Source: an uncultured Gemmatimonadales bacterium (GTDB lineage Bacteria; Gemmatimonadota; Gemmatimonadetes; Gemmatimonadales; GWC2-71-9). From it: a stretch of DNA of 64,000 nucleotides. Both the position numbers and the translations under genes were made by a program. The stretch covers positions 64,001-128,000 of the forward strand of contig CAWJIM010000018.1 in assembly GCA_963842945.1 (NCBI GenBank), given 5' to 3'. Positions 21,303 through 32,438 of this stretch are shown piece after piece (within the stretch, counting starts at the first letter, position 1; every line of letters begins with the position of its first letter). The notes beneath the pieces are model-generated. The model saw nothing but the letters and a program-made list of their open reading frames with translations, was not told where the DNA came from and did not search any database.

Positions 21303-22190
21303 CTAATCCAGTGCCGCCTGCTGCATGGCTTGCAGCGTGTTCTGCAGCAGCATGGCGATGGTCATGGGGCCGACGCCGCCGGGCACGGGAGTGATTGCGG
21401 AAGCGACCTGCGACACCGGGCCGTACGCCACATCTCCCACCAGCCGGTACCCTCGGGGCTTGGATGAGTCGTCCACCCGGTTGATGCCCACATCGATCAC
21501 CACCGCGCCGGGCCGAACCATATCAGCGGTGACGAACTCAGCCTTTCCGATGGCTGCGATCAGGATGTCGGCGGTCCGGGTGACCGCCGGAAGATCGCGG
21601 GTCTTCGAATGGCACACCGTCACCGTGGCATCGCCCCCGGGTCCCTGCTGGATCAGGAGGTTGGCCATCGGCCGGCCCACGATGTTCGAGCGTCCGACGA
21701 TCACCGCATTGGCGCCCCGTGTCTCGATCCCGGAGCGGATCAGCATCTGCTGCACTCCGTATGGAGTCGCGGGACGGAATGCGGTCCGGTCGCCGACCAC
21801 CAGCTTGCCTACGTTGACCGGGTGGAACCCGTCCACGTCTTTGGTCGGGTCGATCCGCCGGAGCACCCGCTCCGAGTTGATGTGCTTGGGAAGCGGTAGC
21901 TGGACCAGGATGCCATGGATCTGCTGGTCGGCATTGAGCCGGTCCACCGTCTCCAGCAGCTCCGCTTCGCTGGTGGTGGCGGGGAGCCGCAGGGTGATGG
22001 AATGCATGCCCGCTTCCTCGCAGGCTTTTCCCTTGGAGCGGACGTACACCGCGCTGGCGGGATCTTCTCCTACCAGCACGGCGGCCAGGCCCGGCTTGCG
22101 CCCCTGGGCCGAGAGTTTGCCCACCTGAGCCGCCACTTCGGCGCGGATGGCCTGCGCGATGGCGGTTCCGTCGAGAACTCTGGCCGTCAT
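21303..22190 (-). CDS. folD: methylenetetrahydrofolate dehydrogenase/cyclohydrolase
   Basis: [25 protein letters not shown]. Confidence 0.97.
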   Translation of the reverse strand: MTARVLDGTAIAQAIRAEVAAQVGKLSAQGRKPGLAAVLVGEDPASAVYVRSKGKACEEAGMHSITLRLPATTSEAELLETVDRLNADQQIHGILVQLPLPKHINSERVLRRIDPTKDVDGFHPVNVGKLVVGDRTAFRPATPYGVQQMLIRSGIETRGANAVIVGRSNIVGRPMANLLIQQGPGGDATVTVCHSKTRDLPAVTRTADILIAAIGKAEFVTADMVRPGAVVIDVGINRVDDSSKPRGYRLVGDVAYGPVSQVASAITPVPGGVGPMTIAMLLQNTLQAMQQAALD

Positions 22191-23767
22191 CGGGCGAAAT
22201 CGACCGCGCGGGTCTCGCGAATGACCACGACCTTGATCTGACCCGGATACTGCAATTCGCTCTCGATCTTCCGGGCGATCGATTCCGACAGCGTGGCCGC
22301 GGCGCCATCGTCGATCCGGTCCGGTGTCACCACCACCCGGATCTCGCGGCCGGCCTGAATGACGTTGCTCTTTTCCACCCCGGCAAAGCCATTGGCGATT
22401 TCTTCCAGCCGGGTCAGACGCTTCACGTAGGTCTCGAACGCCTCGCGGCGTGCCCCGGGGCGGGAGCCGCTGATCGCGTCGGCCGCCTGCACCAGGACCG
22501 ATTCGGCTGACTCGTGCGGCACGTCGTCGTGGTGCGCCTGAATGCAATTGATCACCGCCGCGCTCTCCCCATATTTGCGCGCCACCTCCACCCCCAGTTC
22601 CACGTGCGTGCCCTCGGTGTCATGGGTCAGCACCTTGCCGATGTCGTGCAGGAGACCGCCCCGCTTGGCCAGGCCTATGTCCAGGTGCAGCTCGGCCGCC
22701 ATCATTCCGGCCAGCCAGGCTACCTCTTTCGAGTGATCGAGGATGTTCTGACCGTACGACGTGCGGTAGCGCATACGGCCGATCAGCTTGATCAGCTCGG
22801 CGTGAAGCCCGTGAACGCCGGTGTCGTATGCCGCCTGCTCACCCAGCTCCACCAGCTGCCCGTCCAGCTCGCGCTGGACCTTGAGTACGATCTCCTCGAT
22901 GCGTCCCGGGTGAATCCTGCCATCGGTGATCAGCGCCTCGAGCGAGCGCCGGGCCACTTCCCGCCGGATGGGGTCGAAGCAGGAGATGATCACGGTGTCG
23001 GGTGTGTCATCGATGATCACATCAACGCCGGTGGCGGTTTCGAACGCTCGAATGTTGCGGCCTTCTCTCCCGATGATCCGGCCTTTCATCTCATCACTGG
23101 GGAGCGCCACGGCGGCAACCGTGCTTTCAGCGGTGTGCTCGGCGCCGAGTCGCTGGATGGCGATGGAGATGATTCGGCGGGCATCCCGGTCGGCGGTCCG
23201 GCGAGCCTGCTCCTTGATCTCCCGGACGAGCGCGGCCGCCTGGCCCCGCGCTTCATCTTCTAAGCGTTGAAGAATTTCCCTCTTAGCCTCCTCCGCGGTG
23301 AGTCCGGCGATACGTTCGAGCTTGGCGCGCTGCTCCTGGGCCAGCCGGTCCGCCTCGCCCTCGCGGTTGCGGAGCGCCTGCTCCCGCTGGGTGAGGGCTT
23401 CCTCCCGGTGTCCGGCGTTGCGCTCGCGGGCTTCGATTTCCTCCAGCTTGCGTTCCTGAACCCGGGAGCGCTCCTCGACCCGCCGTTCCAGCCTTTCCCA
23501 TTCCTCCCGGCGGCGTAGGATCTCACGGTCGAGATCCTCCCGCAGCTTGAGGGTTTCCATCTTGGCGCTGAGGAGCAGGTCGGACTTGGTGGATTCGGCG
23601 TCTCGCTGGCCTTCGGTGCGCAACCGGTCGGCTTCGGCCCGGGCGAGCGCCAGAATGCTGCTGCTGCTGCGCCGCTGACTGCGGGTGTAGAGCAGAATGA
23701 ACACCAGGGCAGCGGCCAATCCGGCCGCCACCCCCGCGAGCAGTGGCAGGAGCAGCGATTGGAGCAT
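22187..23767 (-). CDS. rny: ribonuclease Y
   Basis: TM anchor, [13 protein letters not shown] (KH), LLHDIGK (HD). Confidence 0.97.
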   Translation of the reverse strand: MLQSLLLPLLAGVAAGLAAALVFILLYTRSQRRSSSSILALARAEADRLRTEGQRDAESTKSDLLLSAKMETLKLREDLDREILRRREEWERLERRVEERSRVQERKLEEIEARERNAGHREEALTQREQALRNREGEADRLAQEQRAKLERIAGLTAEEAKREILQRLEDEARGQAAALVREIKEQARRTADRDARRIISIAIQRLGAEHTAESTVAAVALPSDEMKGRIIGREGRNIRAFETATGVDVIIDDTPDTVIISCFDPIRREVARRSLEALITDGRIHPGRIEEIVLKVQRELDGQLVELGEQAAYDTGVHGLHAELIKLIGRMRYRTSYGQNILDHSKEVAWLAGMMAAELHLDIGLAKRGGLLHDIGKVLTHDTEGTHVELGVEVARKYGESAAVINCIQAHHDDVPHESAESVLVQAADAISGSRPGARREAFETYVKRLTRLEEIANGFAGVEKSNVIQAGREIRVVVTPDRIDDGAAATLSESIARKIESELQYPGQIKVVVIRETRAVDFAR

Positions 23768-23776
23768 CGATTGGCC

Positions 23777-24085
23777 TCAGGATGCCGCGCGATTACCGCG
23801 TTTGGCCGGCGGCAGCAGTCGAGCCAGATCGTCGGCCATGGCCGAGATCCGGTCGGCTATTTCGCGGTCGCCCCGTCGCGCCTGAAACAGCTCGTCGGTG
23901 ATGGCGAGTCCGGCGAGAATGGCTGCCTTGTGAGACTCCACCATGGGAAGACTGTCGCGAACGCGTTTCAGGGCTGCGTCGAGATAGGCGGCCACTTCAC
24001 GGGTGTAGTCGGGAGGCACTTCGGATCGGACGGTATACTCCTCGCCTCCGATGAAGACTCGGACTGCGTTCTTAGTCGTGCTCAC
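23777..24085 (-). CDS. zapA: cell division protein ZapA
   Basis: IGGEEYTV..AAILAGLAITDEL; pheT-zapA-rny synteny. Confidence 0.88.
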   Translation of the reverse strand: MSTTKNAVRVFIGGEEYTVRSEVPPDYTREVAAYLDAALKRVRDSLPMVESHKAAILAGLAITDELFQARRGDREIADRISAMADDLARLLPPAKRGNRAAS

Positions 24086-24393
24086 GCGGCTGTGCCTCCG
24101 CCATGCTGTTCGAGAAACGAGACCCGGCCGGTCAACGCCTGAAGCCGGTCCTTGGCGGCATCGATCCGGAGTCTGAGCGCCTGATTCTCCGTCTCCAGTT
24201 CGATGACCCGCTGGCGTGCCTGGGTGAGCTCGGGCCCGGCAAGCACGCCGCCGTTCGCGCGGGCCTGCTGCATTTCGCCTTCCGCCTTCAGTGTTCGCCT
24301 GCGCCAGCCGGCCAACTCCTCGGCCAGGTTCCGGACCACCTGTTCGAGGTCGCTCAACGCATTCTGGTCCGGGCGTTCGTAATAGTAAGACAC
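24082..24393 (-). CDS. coiled-coil protein (ZapB-like by position)
   Basis: Heptad-rich 103 aa between pheT and zapA. Confidence 0.7.
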   Translation of the reverse strand: MSYYYERPDQNALSDLEQVVRNLAEELAGWRRRTLKAEGEMQQARANGGVLAGPELTQARQRVIELETENQALRLRIDAAKDRLQALTGRVSFLEQHGGGTAA

Positions 24394-24395
24394 GC

Positions 24396-26791
24396 TCAGT
24401 CTCCGCTGCCTGCCGCACCAGCATCGCGGCGCTGGATGCCGAGCTCCCCGGCCAGGCCGGCGAGCATACGCTTTTCGACTGCATCAACCTCTGCGTCACG
24501 CAGGGTCCTGTCCGGCGCCCGGAAGGTCAGCCGAAACGCGACGCTGCGAGTGCCGGCCGGGAGCTCGGGACCACGATAGTCGCTCTGGACAGTAACAGAC
24601 TCGAGCAACCCACTGCCCTCGCGCCGAAGGAGCTCCTGCACCTGCTGTGCGGTGATGGACTCTGGCAGAAGCAGGGCCAGCACCCGCTCTGACGACGGAG
24701 TCACGGGCAGGGCAGTAAATCGGATGGGCGATCGCGGAGTCGGATCGAGCAGCAGCTCGAACCCAAAGAGCGGGTCGGCCCAGGGCGGCGCGTCGGCCTC
24801 CAGAAGCCCAGCCTGTCCTACGATATGCCCCCGAGAATCCCGTGCGATCCAGCCGGACCCTTCAACCTGCACCGCGCCTCCGGGAACCGCCAGACCGACC
24901 GCGAACTCGAATTGTCCCTTGAGATCCCACAGATCGATCCGTTCCTCCCCCGAGCCGGACCAGTGTGCCGGCGCCCGCCGGCCGGTCAGCACTCCCGCCA
25001 CGTGTCGTTCCTCTCGGGGCCGCTCCCCTGCCGGTCCGGCTCGAAACACGTTGCCGATCTCGAAGAGACGCACGTCGGGCACGTGCTTAGCCCAGTTGCC
25101 TTCCACCAGCCGCACCAGCCCGGGAAGAAGGCGCCGCCGCAGGTAGCCCTCTGTGCTCGAGAGCGGATTGGCCAGGCGCACGCTCTCTGGCCCGTCCGCC
25201 GGCGCCGTCGGCAGGGGCAGCACCTCCAATAGCCCTTGCCGGGTGAGGCCGGCGCGCACTGTCGGACGCGACCTGCTCAATGGCGGCGTCGGCCAGATGG
25301 CTGGGACGAAATGCGCGAAGGTCGGACGGAAAGTTCTGATACCCGTGGAGCCGAGCTACCTCTTCGATCAGATCGATCTCACGGCTCAGGTCCGGACGCC
25401 AGCTCGGCGCTTCGACCGCGATCCTGTCGTCTTCCGGCTTGGGCACCAGAGTGGCGCCGATGGCGACCAGATAGCTCTCCACCGCGTGCCAGGGCAGGTC
25501 TACCCCGAGCAGGTGAGACACGCGAGAAGGACGGAGGAAGATGCGGGATGGGTTGCCGGGGCCCGGGCCGAGATCGAGCGGCGCCTCGGCCAGCTTGCCG
25601 CCTGCGGTTGCCGCAATGATCTCCACACAGCGGCGAAGCGCTTCGGCCCCACCCCAGCGGTCGATGCCGCGCTCGAACCGGTAACTGGCCTCGGTGGACA
25701 GGCCAAGGGCGCGCCGAGTCCGCCGAATTCCGGCGGGGGTGAAGTAGGCGCACTCGAGGAATACGTCCTCGGTCTCAGCGCTCACCTCCGTGTTGGCGCC
25801 ACCCATCACGCCGGCGACGCCGATCGGTCCAGCCTCATCGGCGATAATCGTCATGCTCGAGTCGAGCGTCCGGGAGACGCCGTCCAGCGTGGTGAGCGTC
25901 TCACCGGACTGGGCTCGACGGGCGATCACGGCCGGCCCGCGAAGCTTCCTCACGTCGTAGGCATGCATCGGCTGATTCAGCTCGAGCAGGACGTAGTTGG
26001 TTGCGTCGACCACATTGTTGATGGCGCGAACGCCAACCGCCTCGAGTCGCCGGGCCAGCCAGTGGGGCGACGGCGCGATCCTGACTCCGCGGATGACCGC
26101 ACCCAGCAGCCTGGGACACCCCTCGATGTCCTCGGTGCCGGCCTGCACTCCGCCGACCACACCCCTGTTCCCCACCCGCCGGACCTGAGGAACATCGATG
26201 GCGGGCTGGGTTGGCAAGGCAGGGAGACGGAACGGGCATCCCGAACGACGCGGCCAGCTCACGCGCGATTCCCTTGTGCCCCAGGAGGTCGGGCCGGTTG
26301 GGACCGATGTCGAGCACCAATCGGTGATCCGCCAGCGGCACGGCCTCGAGCAGCGGGGTTCCGGGAGCGGCGTCGGTCTGCAGCTCCCAGAGACCGTCGC
26401 CATCCTGTCCCAGTCCGAGCTCCCGGGCGGAGCACAGCATTCCCTGCGAGGTCTGCCCTCTCAGCTTTCGCTCCTCGATCCGAAGCCCGCCGGGGAGCGT
26501 CGCCCCGACGGGGGCAAACGGGTACTTCCGTCCCGCCGTGACGTTGGGCGCGCCGCAGACCACGTGCAGCCGCTCGGCGTTACCCCCGTTCACCACGCAG
26601 ACGCGCAGCCGGTCTGCATTCGGGTGAGGCTGCACCTCCTCCACCTCGGCCACGAGCACATCGCTCAGGTCGCCGTGCAGCGGCTCCGCCGCATCGACCG
26701 GCGCGCCCAGCATGGTGAGCCGCTCGGTGAGGTCGCGCACCTCCAACGGTCGGCGGAGGAAATCCTCCAGCCAGCGACGGGAGACGTTCAT
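24396..26791 (-). CDS. pheT: phenylalanyl-tRNA synthetase beta subunit (frameshifts near 26240 and 25265)
   Basis: [44 protein letters not shown] tail. Confidence 0.95.
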
Positions 26792-27886
26792 CCGCTACTG
26801 TGCTCCCCTGCCCCGTTGCCCGCTCCCCCCGCCACGAACTGCCCGAGGAACCGCATGTCCCCGTCGTACAACAGGCGAATGTCTGGTATGCCGTAGCGGA
26901 GCATGGCGATCCGGTGCGGACCCATGCCAAAGGCCCAGCCGGTGTAGCGCTCGGAATCGACACCCGTATGCTCGAACACCACGGGATGAACCATTCCGCA
27001 GCCCAGGATCTCCATCCATCCGGTGCCCTTGCACGCCGGGCAGCCGCTCCCATGGCAGAGCTGACACTCCACGTCCATCTCGGCGGAGGGCTCGGTGAAA
27101 GGGAAGAAGGATGGCCGGAACCGCACCTTGGTAGTTGGGGTGAAGAACCGGTGGGCGAAGTGCACCAGCGTGGCCTTGAGATCGACGAAGGAGATTCCCT
27201 CGTCCACGGCCAGGCCTTCAATCTGAGAGAAGGCCGGCGCATGCGATGGGTCGAAGGGATCATTCCGGTAGACCAGGCCCGGGATCACGACTCTGACCGG
27301 TGGCGGCGATTCGAGCAAGGTTCGGATCTGCACCGGCGAGGTGTGGGTGCGGAGCAGGAGCCGCCCGCCTTGCTCCCCCGGGATCGGAGGGGCATCGACG
27401 TACAACGTGTCGTGCATGTCCATCGCGGGGTGATCCGGGGGAAAGTTCAGCGCGATGAAGTTGTACCAGTCGGTTTCCACTTCGGGGCCGACCGCAACGG
27501 TAAAGCCGATCCCACGGAAGATCTGTACGATTTCGTCGATCACTCGGGTGACGGGATGCTCCGCGCCCACCCACCGGTGCCGGGCCGGCATGGTCAGATC
27601 CAGGCCGGCTTGCTCCTGCTGCCGATGTTCCGCCTCGAGCGCTTCGCTCCTCCGAGCAAAGGCTTCCTCGAACTGCGCCTTCAGCCGATTGACGGCGGCG
27701 CCGTACGACTTGCGCTCTTCAGCCGGCTTGGAGGGCACCGACCGAAGCGCCGCCGTGAGCTCGCCGTGCTTCCGCCCCAGCACGGCCACGATCTCCGCCG
27801 CCAAGCGCGTCGGGAGCGAGGCCGGGCACGGCCGCGAGCCGGGGCAGCAAGCCATCGAGTTCGGGATAACCGGTCGGATCAGACAT
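26788..27886 (-). CDS. pheS: phenylalanyl-tRNA synthetase alpha subunit (frameshift near 27800)
   Basis: HPAMDMHDT, LRTHTSPVQ, FPFTEPS, GCGMVHP. Confidence 0.95.
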
Positions 27887-27973
27887 CGGGATCACGGGTC
27901 GATACGTCAATTACGTACATGGGGCCGCCCGCCCATCGCGAACGGCCCCACAGGGCACCAGGGGCACGTGCGG

Positions 27974-28333
27974 CTACTGGCGATCGGCGCCCTTCGCCAT
28001 CTCGGCGATGCGGGCAAAGGCCTCCAGATCGTGGACTGCGAGATCGGCGAGGACCTTGCGGTTGATGTCCACGCCGGCCTTCCGCAGCCCCGCCATAAAT
28101 CGGCTGTAGCTCATTCCCTGACCCCTGGCCGCCGCATTGATGCGGGTGATCCAGAGGGCGCGGAACTCGCCCTTCTTTTTCCGCCGGTCCCGATAAGCGT
28201 ACCGCATGGCGCGCTCGGCGGTTTCCTTGGCGGATTTGTAGAGCTTGCTCCGGCCGCCGCGAGCGCCTTTGGCGGCCTCCATGATCTTCTTTTTTCTGGC
28301 GTGATGGGCCACGCCGTTCTTGACCCGGGGCAT
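27974..28333 (-). CDS. rplT: 50S ribosomal protein L20
   Basis: [23 protein letters not shown]. Confidence 0.98.
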   Translation of the reverse strand: MPRVKNGVAHHARKKKIMEAAKGARGGRSKLYKSAKETAERAMRYAYRDRRKKKGEFRALWITRINAAARGQGMSYSRFMAGLRKAGVDINRKVLADLAVHDLEAFARIAEMAKGADRQ

Positions 28334-28345
28334 CGGAGTGTGTCC

Positions 28346-28540
28346 TTAGGCCTGAAGGAGACGGCTGACGCGCGGGAAATCGGCGCTACTGACGAGGTCG
28401 CCCTTCTTCAGCCGGTTTTTCCGCTTGCGCGTCTTCTTGGTCAGGATGTGACTGTGGTTCGCGTGCCAGCGCTTGAGCTTGCCACTCCCGGTGGTCTTGA
28501 AGCGCTTCATTGCGGCTCGCTTGGTCTTCTGCTTTGGCAT
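28346..28540 (-). CDS. rpmI: 50S ribosomal protein L35
   Basis: [27 protein letters not shown]. Confidence 0.97.
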   Translation of the reverse strand: MPKQKTKRAAMKRFKTTGSGKLKRWHANHSHILTKKTRKRKNRLKKGDLVSSADFPRVSRLLQA

Positions 28541-28654
28541 TTTATTCCTCGTCACTGGGCAGATCCGGGTCACCCCATACCGCCGCTGTATCTACCGCCT
28601 TACCGCACCAGCTCATCGAGGGCCGGGCTCTATCCCAGCCCATGAGGGCTGGGC

Positions 28655-29176
28655 TCACTTCGGCGCCAGCACCATCGTCATGTTGCGGCCTTCGAGCTTG
28701 GCGTCGGACTCGATCTTTCCCACGTCGGCCAGGCTCGCAGCCACCCGATCGAGCACCGCCTTCCCCAGTTCCAGATGCGCCATCTGCCGCCCCCGGAACA
28801 TCATCGTCACCTTGACCTTGTTTCCATCGCCCAGGAACTCGCGCGCATGACGGGTCTTGAAGTCGAAATCATGATCGTCGATGCCTGGCCGGTACTTCAC
28901 TTCCTTGAGCTGAATGACGTGCTGCTTCTTCTTTGCTGCCCGCGCCGCCTTGGCCTCCTCGAACTTGAACTTCCCGTAGTCCATGATCTTGACCACCGGG
29001 GGGCGGGCGGTGGGCGCCACCTCCACAAGATCCAGTCCGCGTTCCATTGCCGCCGCCAAGGCCTCTTCGATCGGCAGCACGCCGAGTTGTTCGCCAGCAG
29101 CGGTGATCACCCGCACCGGGCTGATCCGGATCATCCGGTTGACGCGGATTCGCTTTTCACGATCGTTTGTGGCCAG
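28655..29176 (-). CDS. infC: translation initiation factor IF-3 (probable CTG start)
   Basis: LDLVEVAP, DYGKFK, KVKVTMMFRGRQ; GGAGG-6 nt-CTG. Confidence 0.95.
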   Translation of the reverse strand: MATNDREKRIRVNRMIRISPVRVITAAGEQLGVLPIEEALAAAMERGLDLVEVAPTARPPVVKIMDYGKFKFEEAKAARAAKKKQHVIQLKEVKYRPGIDDHDFDFKTRHAREFLGDGNKVKVTMMFRGRQMAHLELGKAVLDRVAASLADVGKIESDAKLEGRNMTMVLAPK

Positions 29177-29194
29177 TGCATGCCTCCAGGCAAT

Positions 29195-29230
29195 AAAAGA
29201 AAAAGAGCACCCGGCAATGACCGGGTGCCC
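29195..29230 (-). terminator. intrinsic terminator in infC leader
   Basis: GGGCACCCGG-TCATTG-CCGGGTGCTC-TTTTTCTTTT. Confidence 0.85.
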
Positions 29231-29345
29231 ACGACCGAAGCACGGTGGCAGTGCCACCTGAACGCCTCGAAGCCAGGACCCGGCTGCGCTGCGGCATCGG
29301 GCCGGCAGGCTCAGGGTGGAGGAGCCTGAGCTCCTCACTTACAGG
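29195..29345 (-). promoter_or_regulatory. L20-leader-like attenuator RNA
   Basis: AAGTGAGGAGC..GCTCCTCCACCCTGA..TCAGGTGG, then a terminator hairpin with U-tract, upstream of infC-rpmI-rplT. Confidence 0.7.
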
Positions 29346-29350
29346 CCGGG

Positions 29351-29379
29351 AACCTAGCGGGCAAGCGGAGGAGTGTCAA
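29351..29379 (-). promoter_or_regulatory. sigma70 promoter of infC operon
   Basis: TTGACA-17 bp-TAGGTT. Confidence 0.75.
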
Positions 29380-30295
29380 CCGAAAGCTGGGGCACAGGTT
29401 CGGGCGCGGCAGTGATCTCCCGCAGCTCGATTCCCTTCCCCTCGCGCACTGGCCGGGCCATGGCCACCCGGGGATCGTGCTCGAAGATCATCCGCCAACC
29501 GCCTGCCACCGCGTCGGCCAGAAAAGCGCGCTTGCTTTCCAGCGTGCGAAGCGGCTCGAGGTCGTATCCCATGATCCAGGGAAGCGGCAGATGGGCCGTG
29601 GTAGGGAATAAATCGCCGACGAAGACTCCCGTCTCGCCGCCGCTCTCGATCAACAGCACCTGGTGATAGGGCACGTGCCCGGGAGTCACTCGGGCTCGGA
29701 TCCCGGGAAGAATTTCGCCGTCACCGTCCAGCAGCCGCCAGCGATCGGCTGCCGCGACTGGGTCGAAGTTATGGGGCAGGTAGCTGGCCCGGGTACGCTC
29801 GTTGGTATGCCGGGCAAACTCGAGCTCGCCCCGCTGCACGACATAGGTCGCGTTGGGGAACGTCATCCGGATGTGACGACGGGGATCGTTCTCCAGATCG
29901 GGATCCATGGTGGTGTTGCCCCCCGCGTGGTCGAAGTGCAGATGGGTGTTGATCACCCACTTCACCTCCCGGGGAAGGAAGCCGGCAGAGGCCAGCGCAT
30001 CCTCCAGCTGGGTGGCGCCCTCCAGTCCCTGATTCTCCACGCCGTAGATGTCCAGGAACCTGGCGTCCTCCTTGTTACCCAGGGCGGTGTCGATCAGAAC
30101 CAGACCATCGGGATGCTCCACCAGCACACAGCGCATGGCCAGGGGAATGCGGTTGCGGTCATCGGGCTCGATCCGGGTCTTCCAGAGAGTGCGCGGCACG
30201 ACGCCGAACATTGCTCCACCATCCAGCCGCTGCCGGCCGCCTTCGAGCGTATGACAGCGGAGCCGTCCTATGGTGAACGACCTCTGCAGAGTCAA
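29354..30295 (-). CDS. MBL-fold metallo-hydrolase (YtnP-like)
   Basis: LDGGAMFGVVP, THLHFDHAGG, TPGH, WIMGYD. Confidence 0.92.
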   Translation of the reverse strand: MTLQRSFTIGRLRCHTLEGGRQRLDGGAMFGVVPRTLWKTRIEPDDRNRIPLAMRCVLVEHPDGLVLIDTALGNKEDARFLDIYGVENQGLEGATQLEDALASAGFLPREVKWVINTHLHFDHAGGNTTMDPDLENDPRRHIRMTFPNATYVVQRGELEFARHTNERTRASYLPHNFDPVAAADRWRLLDGDGEILPGIRARVTPGHVPYHQVLLIESGGETGVFVGDLFPTTAHLPLPWIMGYDLEPLRTLESKRAFLADAVAGGWRMIFEHDPRVAMARPVREGKGIELREITAAPEPVPQLSVDTPPLAR

Positions 30296-31167
30296 TGCAG
30301 CTCCTCCTGGCAGGAATCCTCGCGGGGAGGCGTAGGCATGGCGCTCCGGCGACGGCGGCGGCGGCGCGAGCGGCGGGACTCGATCGAGGCGAGGTCGTGC
30401 AGCGTGCGCGCACCCTCTTCCCGGGCGAGCATCAGCAATCGCGCCAACAGCTCGGCGGTAACCAGGGCGTCGCCCGCGGCCCGATGCCGGGCGTTGTTGC
30501 GGAAGCCGAAGAATCGGCAAAGGTTGTCCAGCCCGCAGGAACGCACCCCCTTTACCAGGCGGCGCGCGAGCCGGACGGTACAGAGTCGGGTTCCTCCCAG
30601 GGTGAGATCCTGGGACCGCCGCAGCTCTGCGCTGACGAAGTTCCAGTCGAAGCGGGCATTGTGGGCGACGAAGATCCTCCCCGACAGCACCGCCAGAATT
30701 CGCTCAGCCAGCTCGGCAAAGCGAGGCGCGTGACGCACCATCTCGTCGGTGATGTTGGTGATGGCGCAGACGGCACGGGGTATCGGGCGCTCCGGGTTGA
30801 CCAGCGACTCGAACACGATCTCCCGCCGGCTCCCATGGACTACCGCCACCGCGATCTCGGTGATCCGGTCGCCGAACCCCGCTCGCGCGCCGGTCGTCTC
30901 CACGTCCACTACCGCAAAGGCGCAATCATCCAGGAGCGGAGATCCATGGGCCTCGGGCACCAGGGACCAGCGCCCGTCCTCCAGCAGCCGCACCCTCGGG
31001 TCCGCGCCCAGCAGGGCGAAGGCAAGCCGGTCACAGATGGCCCCCGGGGCGTTGAACAGTCCGAGGATGTCGCGGCAGAGCGCAGCGGGAGCGCGCGGCC
31101 CGCCATGCAGCTGGAGCAAGACCCGCTCGAGCAGTGTGCTGTCCGGATAGGCGGAGGTGCCGATCAC
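30292..31167 (-). CDS. DEDDh 3'-5' exonuclease (DNA pol III epsilon-like)
   Basis: VVDVETTG, VAHNARFD, HRAAGDA. Confidence 0.9.
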   Translation of the reverse strand: MIGTSAYPDSTLLERVLLQLHGGPRAPAALCRDILGLFNAPGAICDRLAFALLGADPRVRLLEDGRWSLVPEAHGSPLLDDCAFAVVDVETTGARAGFGDRITEIAVAVVHGSRREIVFESLVNPERPIPRAVCAITNITDEMVRHAPRFAELAERILAVLSGRIFVAHNARFDWNFVSAELRRSQDLTLGGTRLCTVRLARRLVKGVRSCGLDNLCRFFGFRNNARHRAAGDALVTAELLARLLMLAREEGARTLHDLASIESRRSRRRRRRRSAMPTPPREDSCQEELH

Positions 31168-32393
31168 ACCGGCTCCCGGCGGAGCGGAAGCGACATGCAG
31201 CGGGGGCCGCCGCCCCCGCGGGCCAGCTCGCTGCCCTCGACGGTGATCACCGTGCGGTGCTTGGCATCGGTCCAGTCGTCGAACGCGAGAAAAGTCGCCG
31301 CGGGCAGCACCCGGAATCCCGCTGCCATCAGGGCGCACAAGGTCTGCTCGTTGCGCCGGTAGCTCACCAGGGTACCCGGCCGGACCGCCAGGAAATTGCA
31401 CGCCGAGCTCCACTGTTCCCGCTCCTGATTGATCCGCCGCTCGCCGCCGGCAAACACCGGCTGGAGCGGGAGGCCGACCTGGCGCAGGGCGGCGAAGAAG
31501 TCGGGCTCTTCCGTCACACCGTCGGTGCCTTTGCGCCGGTGAATGACCGGCAGCCGCTCGGGTCCCACAAAGAACGGCGGATACACCACGCACAGCTCCT
31601 GGTCGACCTGGCTGAAGATCATGTCGAGGTGAATGGCGGTGGGGGCCTTCGGCATGACCACCACCAGCACGTCGGTGACCTGGCCCCGCTCGAAGACGGT
31701 GTCGCACAGGGTGTCCAGCGCCGCGGGCGAGGTGCGCTCGCTGAAGCCCACGACCAGAAGGTCGGGACGGAGATAGTGCACGTCGCCCCCTTCCAGAGTG
31801 TAGTTGCTTCGCCGCTCTTCCGATCCGTCGTACAGCAGTCCGGAGTTGGCCAGTTCGGGATGAAACCGGAACAGCGCCTTGATCAACAGCTCCTCGGTCC
31901 AGCGCACGCCGTATCGCATCGAGCCGACCACCACGTGGTCGCCGATCACCATGCCGATGTCGCGGGGGAAAAACAGGTTGGGCAGCGGTGGAAACGCAAA
32001 ACCGACTTCGTTGAGGGCCCGGGCGATCGGGCCGCTCTCCTCCTCCGTCCCCTCGATCAGCATCTGCACGATCTCCTCGGCGGGAAGCGCGCTGAGCCGC
32101 TGTCCCAGCTCGTCCGAGGGGACCACGTCCATGGTCTTGCTGATCAGGAAATCGCGGCCGTCTTGTTCATGGAGGATCTCGGTCAGCAGATCCCGTACGT
32201 GATACACCCGGGCGAAACGGCGGAGCACGGAGACAAACTGGCGGTGTTCCCGCTGGGCAATCTCGAGGTCGATGATGTCGTCGTAGAGGTAGTCCTCCCG
32301 GTTGCCCGGCGTAACCGCCTCCAGCTCGCGACCGGGCGTGTGGACGAGGACCGTTTGCAGCGGCCCGATTTCAGAGGTGACGTGAACCGACAT
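31164..32393 (-). CDS. arcA: arginine deiminase
   Basis: VTSEIGPL..VLVHTPG, PLPNLFFPRD, EGGD, HLD, ELARGGGGPRCMS. Confidence 0.9.
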   Translation of the reverse strand: MSVHVTSEIGPLQTVLVHTPGRELEAVTPGNREDYLYDDIIDLEIAQREHRQFVSVLRRFARVYHVRDLLTEILHEQDGRDFLISKTMDVVPSDELGQRLSALPAEEIVQMLIEGTEEESGPIARALNEVGFAFPPLPNLFFPRDIGMVIGDHVVVGSMRYGVRWTEELLIKALFRFHPELANSGLLYDGSEERRSNYTLEGGDVHYLRPDLLVVGFSERTSPAALDTLCDTVFERGQVTDVLVVVMPKAPTAIHLDMIFSQVDQELCVVYPPFFVGPERLPVIHRRKGTDGVTEEPDFFAALRQVGLPLQPVFAGGERRINQEREQWSSACNFLAVRPGTLVSYRRNEQTLCALMAAGFRVLPAATFLAFDDWTDAKHRTVITVEGSELARGGGGPRCMSLPLRREPV

Positions 32394-32438
32394 ACCACAA
32401 ACTATTCGGGGACCTGGAGGGAGGGGTAGGCTCCGCCG

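Noticed and set aside
23760..23790. 6S RNA at its common position after zapA
   Set aside because: Only about 10 bp separate zapA and rny
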